From a virus: a DNA stretch of 64,000 nucleotides. The notes beneath the pieces were generated by a model. That model had not been told where the DNA came from. It worked only from the letters and a program-made list of their open reading frames with translations, and ran no database searches. Numbering within the stretch: the first letter of the stretch is position 1; each line of letters starts with the position of its first letter. Location of the stretch: IMG/VR virus record IMGVR_UViG_3300020596_000014, positions 1-64,000 of that record, one strand, 5' to 3'. Shown piece by piece: positions 1 through 10,558 of the stretch. Both the position numbers and the translations under genes were made by a program.

Positions 1-1250
1 ATGCGCGATTGCGCATTACGAAGCAGCGGGATGAGCTCCTTGAGATCATCAGGCAATGGCGCATCGAGGCCGCCGATCGCCTTCTTCTTGTTTCTTACGC
101 TCACCGAGCTACGCACAGCTGTGGCAATCGGTGCAGATGGCGTCACAGGGAAACGCATGACCAAGGAACTGATCACACGAATCGTGTTTGGCTCGACATT
201 GTGCGACGACCCGCCGCCGTAGCGGTACGAGATTGTGACAACAGCATCGGTCGCAGTCACGCCAAGCGTCTTAGTGTCAAGCAGCTTTTGCGGGTTCAAC
301 GTTGTACGTGAGAAGGTCGTTTTGCCGTAAAGTGGTAACGCGAACAGCGAGGGGTCAGGTACTGCGTCATCTTCCAGTGTGTCAGCCGAGCCGCCGCCGA
401 ATACAAGCGTAGTAGCGCGACTGTCTAGAGACACTCGAGTGGTGTAGCGGTACGGCGCCGGCATCAGTTGCATCACAGACGAGACGCGATCTGAGTCGTA
501 ACCGACGTTCGCATGTGCCTTATAAACGACGTCCTCAGCGAGGTTACCCACGCCGTAATAAACGTTCCCGAGCGAGTCGGTCACGGCGGCGAGTGACGTC
601 ACATTGATATTCCCGAGCGTCACGCGTCGGAAGGGCACGAAACCGCTGAAGGTAAACGACTCCGATGTCGAGAAGCCAGACACCGCGAGAGCCTCACCTC
701 GCAAGGTGAACGTAAGCGGGACCCCGTTAGAGTTTGTCTCACCCACCTGGTACTCGGTCGTAAGGTTACCGTCAGAATCTACCTTTGTGTAATCGATGTC
801 CTGCACGAGTTCGAACTTGATACCGTTCTCGGCGGTACACACACTGCCAGCCTCGATGACAGGAAGCGCCGCAGGTAGTGGACGCAACACGCCGTTGACG
901 CTGGTTGCAGGTGTCTCGATGAAGATTGAGAGATACACAACGGCCGGCGAGGCGCCGATGATGTCCACACCCGCACGTCGGAGCTGTCGCTCGATGTTCT
1001 CGGTTTCGACCGCCGTCTCCGGGTCGAGCTCACTGAACTGGTGATCAAGATAGAACGAGAGCGAGTCGCCGATGTAGGCCGGCATGTCCATGAGCAATCC
1101 GCCCATGCTCGCCTCGGAGAGATCAACGATCTTGTCGCCGTAATATGAGCGCGCGTACTCCACTAGGTCCTGTCGGAAACCGTCGAACTCCTTGTTCAGG
1201 TATCGACGCTGCCGAACTGATTTGATGGCTTCTCGTTTTGTATCTGACAT
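1..1250 (-). CDS. Baseplate wedge subunit (T4 gp6 / baseplate J-like), 3' end truncated by the window edge
   Basis: Not in the ORF track, consistent with an open frame running off the edge. Manual translation from ATG 1250 gives MSDTKREAIKSVRQRRYLNKEFDGFRQDLVEYARSYYGDKIVDLSEASMGGLLMDMPAYIGDSLSFYLDHQFSE, a typical gp6-like N-terminus. Directly follows the gp25-like gene. Confidence 0.85.
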   Translation of the reverse strand, partial: MSDTKREAIKSVRQRRYLNKEFDGFRQDLVEYARSYYGDKIVDLSEASMGGLLMDMPAYIGDSLSFYLDHQFSELDPETAVETENIERQLRRAGVDIIGASPAVVYLSIFIETPATSVNGVLRPLPAALPVIEAGSVCTAENGIKFELVQDIDYTKVDSDGNLTTEYQVGETNSNGVPLTFTLRGEALAVSGFSTSESFTFSGFVPFRRVTLGNINVTSLAAVTDSLGNVYYGVGNLAEDVVYKAHANVGYDSDRVSSVMQLMPAPYRYTTRVSLDSRATTLVFGGGSADTLEDDAVPDPSLFALPLYGKTTFSRTTLNPQKLLDTKTLGVTATDAVVTISYRYGGGSSHNVEPNTIRVISSLVMRFPVTPSAPIATAVRSSVSVRNKKKAIGGLDAPLPDDLKELIPLLRNAQSR

Positions 1251-1261
1251 TCAGCTTTCCC

Positions 1262-1753
1262 TCAGGTGAGACCCACGACCACTTCAAGCGATTGTTTTGG
1301 AGAATTAATCGAGGGAACATCATAAGTGAGGAGATAACGTCGAAGCGCCACACGAGTCACGTTCGAGCGAATCTCGGCATCCTCAGCCGAATCTAGCGGA
1401 ACCATCTCCTGCAAGACCACGTAAGGCATCCACTTCTCGACGGCTGCCCTGATGCGGAATGCAATCTCTTGGTCGTAATCTTCGCGTGCGAGCCGTTCGG
1501 CTGCTAGCTCGAAGAGATTAGCCCCGAAGTCGTACTGCCCCAGTCGCTCACCCCAGTTCGTGAGAATGAGGTTCCGAAGGTTGTCTCTGATCTGATCAAA
1601 CAAGTCTGTGTGCATCTCAAACAATGCTGCGTTCCCGTATCGGATCGGGGTCTTGATGCCGATAGGAATGACCGAGCGCGCAGTCTCAACCTCAGAACGC
1701 ACGACGATCGTGCTCTTCCCAACTGACTTGAACGAGATAGCCGACGCTGTCAC
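1262..1753 (-). CDS. Baseplate wedge gp25/GPW-like protein
   Basis: DQIRDNLRNLILTNWGERLGQYDFGANL...IRAAVEKWMPYV is the GPW_gp25 pattern; next to the wedge gene. Confidence 0.88.
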   Translation of the reverse strand: MTASAISFKSVGKSTIVVRSEVETARSVIPIGIKTPIRYGNAALFEMHTDLFDQIRDNLRNLILTNWGERLGQYDFGANLFELAAERLAREDYDQEIAFRIRAAVEKWMPYVVLQEMVPLDSAEDAEIRSNVTRVALRRYLLTYDVPSINSPKQSLEVVVGLT

Positions 1754-1758
1754 GACTC

Positions 1759-1764
1759 TAACTA
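1759..1764 (-). promoter_or_regulatory. Candidate late promoter TANNTA (representative of about 9 copies)
   Basis: TAGTTA 5 nt before the gp25-like start; similar hexamers at 10548, 14103, 16997, 41132, 43843, 47591, 57332, 60140. Confidence 0.55.
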
Positions 1765-1769
1765 GACTT

Positions 1770-2702
1770 TCACGCGAGACCCAGCGCCGAGCCGATCGTC
1801 TTCACGACGAGACCTGTGCCGATGATCTGACTCACGACCATACAAAGTAACGCGATGACCATGTTTTGGATCATCACAATGAATGTAGCGACGAGAAGCT
1901 TGGGTAGAATGGCGAGCAGACCAACCTTCGCTAAGATGTCAAGGATCAGAGGAAACACGATCTTGAGCACAAGATTAAAAAGATCCGGCGGGGATGGGAC
2001 GAGCAACCCTGGGATGTCAACCGATAGTTCTCCGATCAAGTCAGGCAGTAACGTGATCGGTAACGTCAGTAAAAGCTCAAATAACGCGGGGAAAATAACG
2101 AAGTCAAAGGCCGGGATGGGGATGCTAGGGAGGCTAGGGATAGATGGAAACGCCGGCAAAAGGGCCACGATATCCGCTGCTATCGAGATATCAATATTGA
2201 ACTTTGCTTTGAGAGCCGGAGGTGTTGGGAGTAAGGCAAGTATTTTTGGCAAGTCGGGGAGTGTGACTGAGATGCTGGGAGGCAAGAAGCCGGTGTAATC
2301 AAGGATCGGCGGCGCGGCCGCGGCCCCGGGAACGTTCATCATCTTCATGAGCGGCGCATAGAGATTGTCGACAATGATCTTCTGGTAATCACCTTCCGGG
2401 TCACGTAGCGTGTCAAAGGTGAGAGGTGCGAACGGCGACGGGTCGAACCAGAAGAGATCACCGAGTAGATTGGTTGGGTTAGTGAGCAGCCTATCTGGGT
2501 CGAACAGTTTGATCCCTGACGGAGGCGGGAATGGAATGTCGAGCAGGCTTGAGATTTTGGCTCCTTTTCCGTCGGCATTCCCGCTCGTGAGCAGTGTGAC
2601 AACCTGTAATGTGAACGAATCACGAGCAGCGACAGTCAGTTTCTCGTCCGACGTGAGAACGCCGACACCAACAGGTCCAAGACATTTTTCGGTGTGCGGC
2701 AT
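1770..2702 (-). CDS. Pro/Leu/Ile-rich protein with hydrophobic C-terminus, baseplate region
   Basis: 310 aa ORF with PxLPxIP repeats and 2-3 hydrophobic segments; function unknown. Confidence 0.65.
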   Translation of the reverse strand: MPHTEKCLGPVGVGVLTSDEKLTVAARDSFTLQVVTLLTSGNADGKGAKISSLLDIPFPPPSGIKLFDPDRLLTNPTNLLGDLFWFDPSPFAPLTFDTLRDPEGDYQKIIVDNLYAPLMKMMNVPGAAAAPPILDYTGFLPPSISVTLPDLPKILALLPTPPALKAKFNIDISIAADIVALLPAFPSIPSLPSIPIPAFDFVIFPALFELLLTLPITLLPDLIGELSVDIPGLLVPSPPDLFNLVLKIVFPLILDILAKVGLLAILPKLLVATFIVMIQNMVIALLCMVVSQIIGTGLVVKTIGSALGLA

Positions 2703-2986
2703 TACACAGAAACTTTCATGTACGATCTACGCCTGTAAAAATCTGTCGGCAACGAAGTGATATGACCACGCTCTAAAATTCTAGAGATCACGGTTCGTAG
2801 CGTTCGATAATATTTTTCAAATCCGTCATTGACCATTCGAATGATGCCGACATGCAACCCATCAAGCGTTTTTTCACTGATCGTTCGAACGTGATGTTTC
2901 CAATGTTCTTTCATATTCGTCTGTGTGTAATCGATGTACATCAAATTAGTAACGGCGGATTTGTGACAATAAATCGCGAATAACAT
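2702..2986 (-). pseudogene. Degenerate GIY-YIG homing endonuclease remnant
   Basis: AT-rich. MLFAIYCHKSAVTNLMYIDYTQTNMKEHWKHHV aligns with the N-terminus of the intact GIY-YIG at 61880 (FIIYLITCTVNGKKYVGQSEVPLEERWQKHV), but YIG is YID and the catalytic Arg is His. Confidence 0.6.
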
Positions 2987-2990
2987 TCAA

Positions 2991-4364
2991 TTATTCAACG
3001 AGGACTTTTCGAGCGTACTCCCCATTTTCGCCACCCTTGCCATGTTGTGAACCAATAGTTGACGTGATCGGCAGAGCCTTGACTGTGCCACCGGCCGGCG
3101 TTGCCGCGGGATTCGTCAAAATGGCCTTCGTCGCGTTCTTTCCGAGCTTGATGTAACCCTTCTTAGAGGGGATGAAGATGACGTCACCGTCCTTGATGAG
3201 CACTCCTGCACATTCGGACTCGGGCGCGTCAGCCTCTGGCTGCACGAGCATCTTGACGGTCTTCCGCGCGATCAGACGAATGTGGTCGGTTTTGACGACG
3301 GTAGCTGGTCCAGGGCTCTCTTTACTGGCGAAGTTGATCGCGAAGTTACCATCAGCATCGGTGCTCATAGAAACGTATACGCGAGACAGGTCGAGCGCGA
3401 AATCTGGGTCACCCTCCTCTTTGTTTTCGTCGGCCTTCCGTTTCGAGACTTCCTTGCGACCGAGTGAATTGTCGATCTCCTTAGGGGCCGTTTTCTTCGA
3501 TCGACCGCGCCCCGCGACGATGTCGATGGTTCCGGCGAGACCCTTCTTGTCTTTGACCGGCTTGCCCTTCACACGTTTTCCCTTGGGAGTGGACTCGAAC
3601 TCAGCTGACCGACCTGTGCGATCCGTGCCGAGCATGATGAGTGTGTTGTTGGAGCCCTGAAAAGCTGTGTCGCCCGGCCGCTTACGATAGCGTGGTACCG
3701 ACTCGTACTCAGCCGCCTTCGAGGAGTCGGTCTCCTTTAGCAACTTTTCGTAGGCCTTCGCGTCGGGGTCACTTGAGCTAGCGGAAGATGCAGCTGTGAC
3801 AACTTCGCCGTTAGTCACGTACGTGGGGCCGTTGTCAAACCCGGGCGTTGGGTTCACGGCCTTTTCGTGCTTATCAGCTGAATCCTGCGCACGCTCTTGC
3901 ACATGGTACTTGCGATCAGCATGAGTGTGATTGAGATCGTCGACGTGACGAGGCTCCGAGATCCTGCACATCCAGAACCCGTGATCCACTAACTTTCCTT
4001 GTTCAAAGAATGTCCAAACATGCTCACCAGCCTGGACCGGCAACTGAATGTGCGGAGGCAGCAGCGGGAACAAGTAATGGTGTCTTGCATGCCCTGAGGC
4101 CGTCTCGTTCACTACTCGCCCGATGAGCGTCATCGGCGGCATTTGTTTGAGAAACGCGGCCTCGGTGAGACCGTACTTGGCCTGGATGTCCTTGATACGA
4201 TCGTCGTCAAGCTCCATTGGGTCGAAGATGACCTCTTCTACTAAGAAACGACTGAGGAACCTATCGCCACCTTGTGTCGCCCCCGCGAGCGCGACGGCAG
4301 CGATGGCTTCGCCCATACGGCCTTCAGCGGCTGCAGACGAAGCATTATTCCCGTCGTGACTCAT
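2991..4364 (-). CDS. Baseplate hub/spike protein (gp5-like OB fold plus beta-helix)
   Basis: FPLLPPHIQLPVQAGEHVW..GFW resembles a gp5 OB fold; PGDTAFQGSNNTLIMLG and beta-strand repeats follow; baseplate gene context. Confidence 0.6.
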   Translation of the reverse strand: MSHDGNNASSAAAEGRMGEAIAAVALAGATQGGDRFLSRFLVEEVIFDPMELDDDRIKDIQAKYGLTEAAFLKQMPPMTLIGRVVNETASGHARHHYLFPLLPPHIQLPVQAGEHVWTFFEQGKLVDHGFWMCRISEPRHVDDLNHTHADRKYHVQERAQDSADKHEKAVNPTPGFDNGPTYVTNGEVVTAASSASSSDPDAKAYEKLLKETDSSKAAEYESVPRYRKRPGDTAFQGSNNTLIMLGTDRTGRSAEFESTPKGKRVKGKPVKDKKGLAGTIDIVAGRGRSKKTAPKEIDNSLGRKEVSKRKADENKEEGDPDFALDLSRVYVSMSTDADGNFAINFASKESPGPATVVKTDHIRLIARKTVKMLVQPEADAPESECAGVLIKDGDVIFIPSKKGYIKLGKNATKAILTNPAATPAGGTVKALPITSTIGSQHGKGGENGEYARKVLVE

Positions 4365-4747
4365 TGACGCTTGCCGACTTTTTTGGGTTCTTCAGCAAAC
4401 TTCGCGTAGAGAACATCGGTCGTCATGCTTTCTTCGCCGTCACCTTGTTTTTCAAGCGCAACCGCCACGAGCTCGGCGAGCTTGAGCAGTTGGTCGTTGG
4501 CCTTGCTCATGCGCTCGATGTATTTTGCAATGTTTGGGCCGTGCAGCGCGTGCTGTTGAGCGTCCGCGGCGACGAACCCCGATAAATGTGTATACATCTG
4601 CAGCGAGTAATCGCGATCCTGTAACGCGTTTGTGTAGATGTCTTGCCAGAGGACTTTACGCTTGTCCTTCATGGTCGTAATCGTGTCGAGAAGATCCTTG
4701 AAATCGGCGATCTTCTTGTTGATATCCTCGTTGATTGTAGTTCCCAC
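4361..4747 (-). CDS. Helical phage hypothetical protein
   Basis: 128 aa, coupled to the spike-like gene; IYTNALQDR...HGPNIAKYIERMSKANDQLLKLAEL. Confidence 0.7.
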   Translation of the reverse strand: MGTTINEDINKKIADFKDLLDTITTMKDKRKVLWQDIYTNALQDRDYSLQMYTHLSGFVAADAQQHALHGPNIAKYIERMSKANDQLLKLAELVAVALEKQGDGEESMTTDVLYAKFAEEPKKVGKRQ

Positions 4748-4768
4748 GAGTCTAAGATAACACTCTTA

Positions 4769-5539
4769 TCAGAGATCGAGAATACCAACGCGCTCGAGTC
4801 GATAGCGTCGCTTGATAGATTGCAGCGCCGTCGTCAATTGTTTTGAGGTCAACCCCGACAGCTCACGCAAGTAGAGAAGAATACCGCTCTTGTTAAGGAT
4901 ATCAGGCGCGTTGTGTCCGTTCACCAGCTCAAACAGTCTTGAGATCGAGTCAATACAGAGAGACTCATTCGGGTTCGTCGTCTCGTGACGAAGCTCACTC
5001 AACATGGCTACAATTTTCCTAGAGATGAGCCCATCAGGCCTGTTCTCGTCGTCGAACGCGCGTTGCGAGTCCTCCATGATCTGGTTCTCGAAAGGCGCGA
5101 TCTGGTCTTCGTCATCAATAGAGACAAGCTTGCGTGCCTTCGTGTTCTTCTGCTTCGTGCGGATGATGAGCCAGTTCTTGGCCACCACATTGAAGTAAGA
5201 GAACGCGTTCGTACCCCTGGTTGAATCGAACTTGTGGATCGTCTCGAACAAGAAGTGAACGCAATCAAACTTGAGCTCTTCTGACGTCTCGTTCGCGGCT
5301 GTGAAGCGGTGTATGTTGACGAGGTTGCCAACTAGTGCGGTAAAGGCTGGCGATATCCTCGTAATATAGACGTTGTCTTTCGATTTCTTGTCATCACCCA
5401 GCCCTTGATACTCGACAATGGCCGCCTGAGTATCGGCGTTGAAGTACATGCGAGATGGATCTGTCTTACCAGGTTTTCGCTTGATCTTTCGACGCGGCTT
5501 GCTGTTCGTGTTGTTTATGTTATTTTTAAGAATCGTCAC
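4769..5539 (-). CDS. Phage late-transcription sigma factor (T4 gp55-like)
   Basis: YFN...AIVEY and DCVHFLFETIHKFDSTRGTNAFSYFNVVAKN resemble the gp55/sigma region 2 pattern FD..K..N.FAYF. Start reassigned to GTG 5539. Confidence 0.7.
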   Translation of the reverse strand: MTILKNNINNTNSKPRRKIKRKPGKTDPSRMYFNADTQAAIVEYQGLGDDKKSKDNVYITRISPAFTALVGNLVNIHRFTAANETSEELKFDCVHFLFETIHKFDSTRGTNAFSYFNVVAKNWLIIRTKQKNTKARKLVSIDDEDQIAPFENQIMEDSQRAFDDENRPDGLISRKIVAMLSELRHETTNPNESLCIDSISRLFELVNGHNAPDILNKSGILLYLRELSGLTSKQLTTALQSIKRRYRLERVGILDL

Positions 5540-5852
5540 TGACTGGAGCTTTCTTTTCTTCTTCGTGGTTCCAGGCCGAGGTAAGACGAGCTGCCACAAC
5601 CAAGAGGTTGGCGTGGATTCGTTTGAGCTCCTTGTGGATCTGGATGATCTGATTGTCGTTTGAAGCGAGTGACATCTGGAGGATATTGCCGACAATGCCG
5701 TACGATGTGTTCAATAGGTCCAAGAACTCCTCGACTGTGCTCGCCCCTGTGGTCAGCACGCGATCAATCTTGAGCGCACGCTGCGTGACAAGCACACTGT
5801 AAGTGAGACTCGCTACCAATAGAACCGACAAGATGATGACAGCGATGATCAT
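5526..5852 (-). CDS. Membrane-anchored hypothetical protein
   Basis: MIIAVIILSVLLVASLTYSVLV transmembrane segment; ATGA overlap with the upstream glycosyltransferase. Confidence 0.65.
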   Translation of the reverse strand: MIIAVIILSVLLVASLTYSVLVTQRALKIDRVLTTGASTVEEFLDLLNTSYGIVGNILQMSLASNDNQIIQIHKELKRIHANLLVVAARLTSAWNHEEEKKAPVSDDS

Positions 5853-7045
5853 CCGCTTACCTTGCGAAGCATGTTCTCGAACGTTGCTGACCAGGCTGCA
5901 GCGATCGCGTCTTGACTGTAATTCGCTCGGATCTTTACGCCTAGGTCGCGCGCCCACTCGCGCGGGATGCTGCTTGACGTGTGAAACTTGCGCACTCGAC
6001 GCTTGAAGTCATCTTCGGAAACCTCAGCCCACTTTGCGCCGGCAGGGAAGATGTTGTCGACGCGTTCCTTTGGGATAGGTTGAAGTGTACAAGGGAGGTC
6101 AACGTAGCGGCCGAGACCAAGGAACTCAGTGTGCGCCGACCAGCCGGTGGCAATGACAGGTAGGTCGCAGGCCGCCGCCTCGAGCAACGGGAGGCCAAAT
6201 CCTTCGCCTCGAGTCGCGCTGACAAGCGCCTTTACGTTCGAGTGTCGGTAGAGAGCAGCAACATCGTCGTCATTGAGATCGCCATGCACGAGCTGCAATT
6301 CAGGAAGTTTTCTCGAGGTCTTTGCGGCTACGCTCTTCACGATCAGTCGAACGATGTTCTCGGTGTGATAGGTGTCGAACACCGTTGACCGACCTTGATT
6401 CGTCTTCAGCAGAATGCCAACATCCTCGTCGCCCGCAAACTCCTCAAGCATCCAACGGATCGTGTTATGAAGGTTCTTACGGTCGACTCGGGCATTGTCC
6501 TGCCCTGTCATTTGGCCGAACAAAAGAAAGGTGAACGGGCGGAGTGGGTCGAGCGCTGTCGTGGTAACGTTGGCATTCAACAACGCATTTGGGAAACTTT
6601 CGCCAATCACATGCGCCGCGCCGTCGCGCGGCTTCCAGCCGGCTGCGAGCAAGCTCTTCATTGAATGTTGCGATGGGACGACGACATGATTCATTGCGTC
6701 GCACGATTTTGCCCACTCAGACACAGCGCGATCGGTCTCCACGGCCGCGGTCACGCCAACGTTCACCGTCGCCAGCTGAGGGTCCCACTCGTTGGGTAGT
6801 TGTAGCTGAAAGCTCACGTCGGGCTGTCGAGGCACCTTCTTGCAACGCATCATGAGCGCGTTCACGAGCGGGTCGCGGTCAATGTTCGTGATCCACGTCG
6901 TGATTCCCCATTGGAGGGGCTCACAGTAGAGCTCGATTGAGTCGGCGTTAACTAGTCGCATCAGCCACTCGCCGATCTGGCGAGCATGAGTACCGTAGCC
7001 GGAGAGTGTCAAGATGGGCGCTCGAAGCAGGACGAGCGGTTTCAC
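5849..7045 (-). CDS. Glycosyltransferase, GT4-like (GT-B fold)
   Basis: SGYG N-terminal motif, RKN, and EGFGLPLLEAAAC (EX7E). Confidence 0.9.
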   Translation of the reverse strand: MKPLVLLRAPILTLSGYGTHARQIGEWLMRLVNADSIELYCEPLQWGITTWITNIDRDPLVNALMMRCKKVPRQPDVSFQLQLPNEWDPQLATVNVGVTAAVETDRAVSEWAKSCDAMNHVVVPSQHSMKSLLAAGWKPRDGAAHVIGESFPNALLNANVTTTALDPLRPFTFLLFGQMTGQDNARVDRKNLHNTIRWMLEEFAGDEDVGILLKTNQGRSTVFDTYHTENIVRLIVKSVAAKTSRKLPELQLVHGDLNDDDVAALYRHSNVKALVSATRGEGFGLPLLEAAACDLPVIATGWSAHTEFLGLGRYVDLPCTLQPIPKERVDNIFPAGAKWAEVSEDDFKRRVRKFHTSSSIPREWARDLGVKIRANYSQDAIAAAWSATFENMLRKVSG

Positions 7046-8304
7046 TTGATCACCTTCTTTGTCCAGCGAGGCCTGCGTGAGCGCCAGTTAGTGATCACAT
7101 CTTCTAGTCCTTCGTCCCACGTCTTGATGAGGTTCTCCAAGTTGAACTCCTGATGTGCGTAACGCATGGCCTTGAGACCGAGCTCCTTACGAGCGTCATT
7201 TCCGAGCTTGTACATGTCCCAGTAGGCTTCGGCGACTCTCTCTGGCTTGACGATGTCTTCGACGATATACGGCGTCGCCTGACTGCCGACTAACTTTTTA
7301 CAATCGACGTCGAGCGGGATGCCGTTGAACGTGCCGTCACGGTGGTCGATGACCTGTCGCGTCATGCCACCGGTCTTGACAGCGATGATTGGCTTGCCGC
7401 ACATCATCGCCTCGAGCGTGCCTAGACCGAACCCTTCGGCGTACGAGATGTTGACAACCGCGTCCGTGATACCATAGAGCATGCGCATGTCGTCGAGATT
7501 GAGTTGCTCGCGCGAGAAAACGACGTTGTCATTAAGCTTGAGAATATCGAGCACGTGGAGAAGATTCGGGCCTTCGACATCGTTTGGATCCGTGTGCATC
7601 AACAGCGTGGCCTTTTGGTGACCTTCTTCAGCCTTGAGCTTGTCTAGAAACATCTTGAACGCCCACATCACGTCGGCGGGTCGCTTTCGATGTGCGTTGC
7701 GATTGACCCATGAGACGAGGAAATGATCAACGCGACCAGGGATGAGCTGATTGCGCTTCATTTGTCGCTCGCCATCGCTGATCGGATAGAAAACTTCCTT
7801 GGGGAGGGCGTGCGGCGCCCACTTGACCTTTGCGTCGCCATAAATCGGCTGCAGGAACTCGTACGTCGGCCGATTGATGCAGAAGAACATGTCTACGGTG
7901 TCGTACACGTTCTTGTTGTAGAGCGGCGGGTACTCACACTGGTCCCACAAATGATTGTACACAATGGGGCACACCTGATGGACCTCGTCATGCACCTCAA
8001 ACAGGTTCATAAAGAATCTTGGATCGTTGAATATGACAATTGCGTCAGGTTTCTCGGATGTAATAAGTTGACGGTATAGATTTTTATCTCCAAACCCATC
8101 GATAGGCTTCACGATGATGTCAAAGCCAGGTACCTCGACATTGTCGTATTTGTCATGCTTGATAGCGGCGCCAAGTTGACAGATCTTGTACTTGTTTGTC
8201 ATTGCCAGACCGCATGCCAAATATCTTGATTGCGTTCCGACCCCAGAACATGCCAACAAATTGTCTGAAATAAGAACGATTTTTCGCTTACTCAAGGCGT
8301 TCAA
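7042..8304 (-). CDS. Glycosyltransferase, GT4-like
   Basis: SGVGTQ, NRNAHRKR, EGFGLGTLEAMMCGKPII. Confidence 0.9.
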   Translation of the reverse strand: MNALSKRKIVLISDNLLACSGVGTQSRYLACGLAMTNKYKICQLGAAIKHDKYDNVEVPGFDIIVKPIDGFGDKNLYRQLITSEKPDAIVIFNDPRFFMNLFEVHDEVHQVCPIVYNHLWDQCEYPPLYNKNVYDTVDMFFCINRPTYEFLQPIYGDAKVKWAPHALPKEVFYPISDGERQMKRNQLIPGRVDHFLVSWVNRNAHRKRPADVMWAFKMFLDKLKAEEGHQKATLLMHTDPNDVEGPNLLHVLDILKLNDNVVFSREQLNLDDMRMLYGITDAVVNISYAEGFGLGTLEAMMCGKPIIAVKTGGMTRQVIDHRDGTFNGIPLDVDCKKLVGSQATPYIVEDIVKPERVAEAYWDMYKLGNDARKELGLKAMRYAHQEFNLENLIKTWDEGLEDVITNWRSRRPRWTKKVIK

Positions 8305-9409
8305 GCTCCATCTTGATGGATTCTAGCTGCTCTACTGGGTTCTGTTTCCAATCGCGTTCCCAAACGATATGAACTCTATATCCAGCAGCCTCTAATTCTG
8401 ATTGACGTTTGGCGTCCGAACGCCATTTGTCTTCGACTACCGTCGAATAATCCGAGCCGATCAGATCGTTAAAGTCATATATTTCGGGATTTCCATGCCA
8501 CCAATCTCCATAATATTCAACAACTAGTTTTTGTTCTGGGAACAGACAATCCACGCGACATTTTCGATGACCAAGATTAATAGTTTGCTCCGGAGGTAGT
8601 AAAGTGTAACCAAATTTTGACATTGCTTCGTGAAGTTCTAATTGTCCCTTCGAAGGCCCATTGTGGTACGGACAACCGTAACGTTTGACAATAAGATTGT
8701 TGAACGTTTTGGAAAAAACTCGTTCACAACTCGTACACTTAAACTCTTCGTGTTGGTGAACGTTTCTGATCTTTCGCGGGTTGAGCCACGTTATCTCGTC
8801 ACCGTGAATCTCTTTTATTCGTTTGAGATATTCGAAAGCGTCTACTGACACGTTGTTTAGAAAACATGTTCGACAGCCTCCGCTAGTGGTATGGAGATGA
8901 ACGTAAGGCGTTGTTCTGAACGACAACACACATACCCTACAAGTCAACATCACAGGTCGATGACTAGATTCATACGTTATGATGACGTCGTCGAGCGCAA
9001 AACGTTCGACTCCAAATCGATTTCTTGATCTTTCCACAAAAGATTCAGCTCGTCGCAATCTCGTGGATACATGCGGGTTATTTTTAGACGTTTGCGCAAT
9101 AGTCGCATCTTGAACAATCACTGCGTTCTTGGTTTGCCGCGTCCAATGTGCGTCTCCTTGTGGGACGGGGTTATGTGAATGGATGTAAGTTGCGTAACCG
9201 TATCGCCACCCATTCCACGATGTTTGAGTACCACATCCACAAGCACATGATGGTCGGCTGACGCTGAACAGCAAATCAAAAGCATCTTGCGAAGACAAAT
9301 CATGCGTGATAAGCATGTGTCTCTCGACATTGCTTATTCTTTTTAAACGATCGTCGCAGAAAGAACACAAAGGACAACACAAATTTGGGATGTATTTTAG
9401 TCGTTTCAT
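8288..9409 (-). mobile_element. Free-standing endonuclease with zinc-finger repeats and a C-terminal Vsr/DUF559-like nuclease domain
   Basis: C2H2 finger, CACGCG, several CxxC pairs, then SKGQLEL...VDCL...VVEYYGDWWHG...D.KR...GYRVHIVWE; AT-rich relative to flanks. Confidence 0.8.
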
Positions 9410-9648
9410 GCCAGTCTTCGACGGTCACGAAAATTTTCGTACGGGAGCGCGTCGAGCTCCCACCACGTGGAGACCGTGCCGTTTTCAGTGTTGAGAAAAC
9501 TGTGAGCGCTTCCAGGCGTGTCATAAGTCTCATGCGTCTCGGAGCGCACCGACGGTTGAATCACGATGTACACGACGCGATGCGGGTTTTCCGGGTCGAA
9601 TATCCTAGTCAGGTCAAACTCCCACACCTGTCCGATGCGGTCGATCAC
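9406..9648 (-). CDS. Hypothetical protein
   Basis: 80 aa, 4-nt overlaps on both sides. Confidence 0.6.
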   Translation of the reverse strand: MIDRIGQVWEFDLTRIFDPENPHRVVYIVIQPSVRSETHETYDTPGSAHSFLNTENGTVSTWWELDALPYENFRDRRRLA

Positions 9649-10469
9649 GGGCAGTACTTTGTGGCCTTGTATTCACACCACATGCAACTCTTTTGACTCT
9701 TGTTCTTGATGGCCATCCCACGCTTGATGCTGCCGACGAAGTTGTTGAGCACCGTAAGCGTGCGATGTGAAGTCGTTGGCCCGACTGAGACAGGAATGAA
9801 ACTGCACAGCTTGCCAGGCTTCGCCGATTTCACCACGACGATGTACGCGCATCGGATGCGATCGAGCGGAATGTCCGTCTTCTTCGCCCAGAAGTTCTTA
9901 TAGAGAGAGAGCTGATACGTGACTTTCGGGTCCATCAGTTTGTCTTTTCCCCAAGGACGTGAGGCCGTCTTCCAGTCGATGATCCAGAAGATCGTCCCCT
10001 GCTTCTTATCAGGCACCTCGATGATGAGATCGATGAAGCCTTTGAACGCGTGGTCAGGGTGATTCGCGGGCCCGAGCTCGATTTTTTCATAGAGGTCTTG
10101 CTCAGTTTTCACAAGCTTCCACTTCGGGAATTTCGTGTTGAGAAACTGCATCGCCTCGACAGACATGACGATCGCGCGCTCGACGTTCGCTTCAGGGTCG
10201 AACTTGTTTCGCTCTTCTAGATCCGTGACGAGCGTCAACTCTTGTTTGACGACACTCAAGATCTTCGTGCGATCCGGTTCGAGACCGTTGACGCGCGCTT
10301 CGACACAGCTGTGGAAAGCTTTGCCGATGATCGTCGCAACGCCTCTTTTGTCGAGATCGATCTTCTGGATATGTTTCAGCTTGTGACGCCAGGAGCATTG
10401 CATCCAATCAGACTTTTCTGAATACGAGACGTGTGGCTTGCCATTAGGAAGAAGTTTGTATTCGCTCAC
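9645..10469 (-). CDS. PD-(D/E)XK exonuclease, Cas4/RecB-like
   Basis: SYS...C N-terminus, KGFIDL...IIDWKT, QLSLY, and a C-terminal CxxC-x7-C; four Cys typical of the Fe-S staple. Confidence 0.85.
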   Translation of the reverse strand: MSEYKLLPNGKPHVSYSEKSDWMQCSWRHKLKHIQKIDLDKRGVATIIGKAFHSCVEARVNGLEPDRTKILSVVKQELTLVTDLEERNKFDPEANVERAIVMSVEAMQFLNTKFPKWKLVKTEQDLYEKIELGPANHPDHAFKGFIDLIIEVPDKKQGTIFWIIDWKTASRPWGKDKLMDPKVTYQLSLYKNFWAKKTDIPLDRIRCAYIVVVKSAKPGKLCSFIPVSVGPTTSHRTLTVLNNFVGSIKRGMAIKNKSQKSCMWCEYKATKYCP

Positions 10470-10558
10470 GGTCTGAAGCTAACGCTCTGAGGCGAAAAGA
10501 GCCGTAGGTATGATCTCGAAAGGCTCTCGCCTCGATGGAAGTTCGAATAGCTAAGATC

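Noticed and set aside
1-1126. Short ORFs listed in the track at the left edge
   Set aside because: All overlap the minus-strand baseplate wedge frame that runs off the window.
9645-10469. Cas4-like nuclease as evidence of CRISPR-Cas
   Set aside because: No repeat-spacer array or other cas genes seen; solo Cas4-like exonucleases are common in phages.
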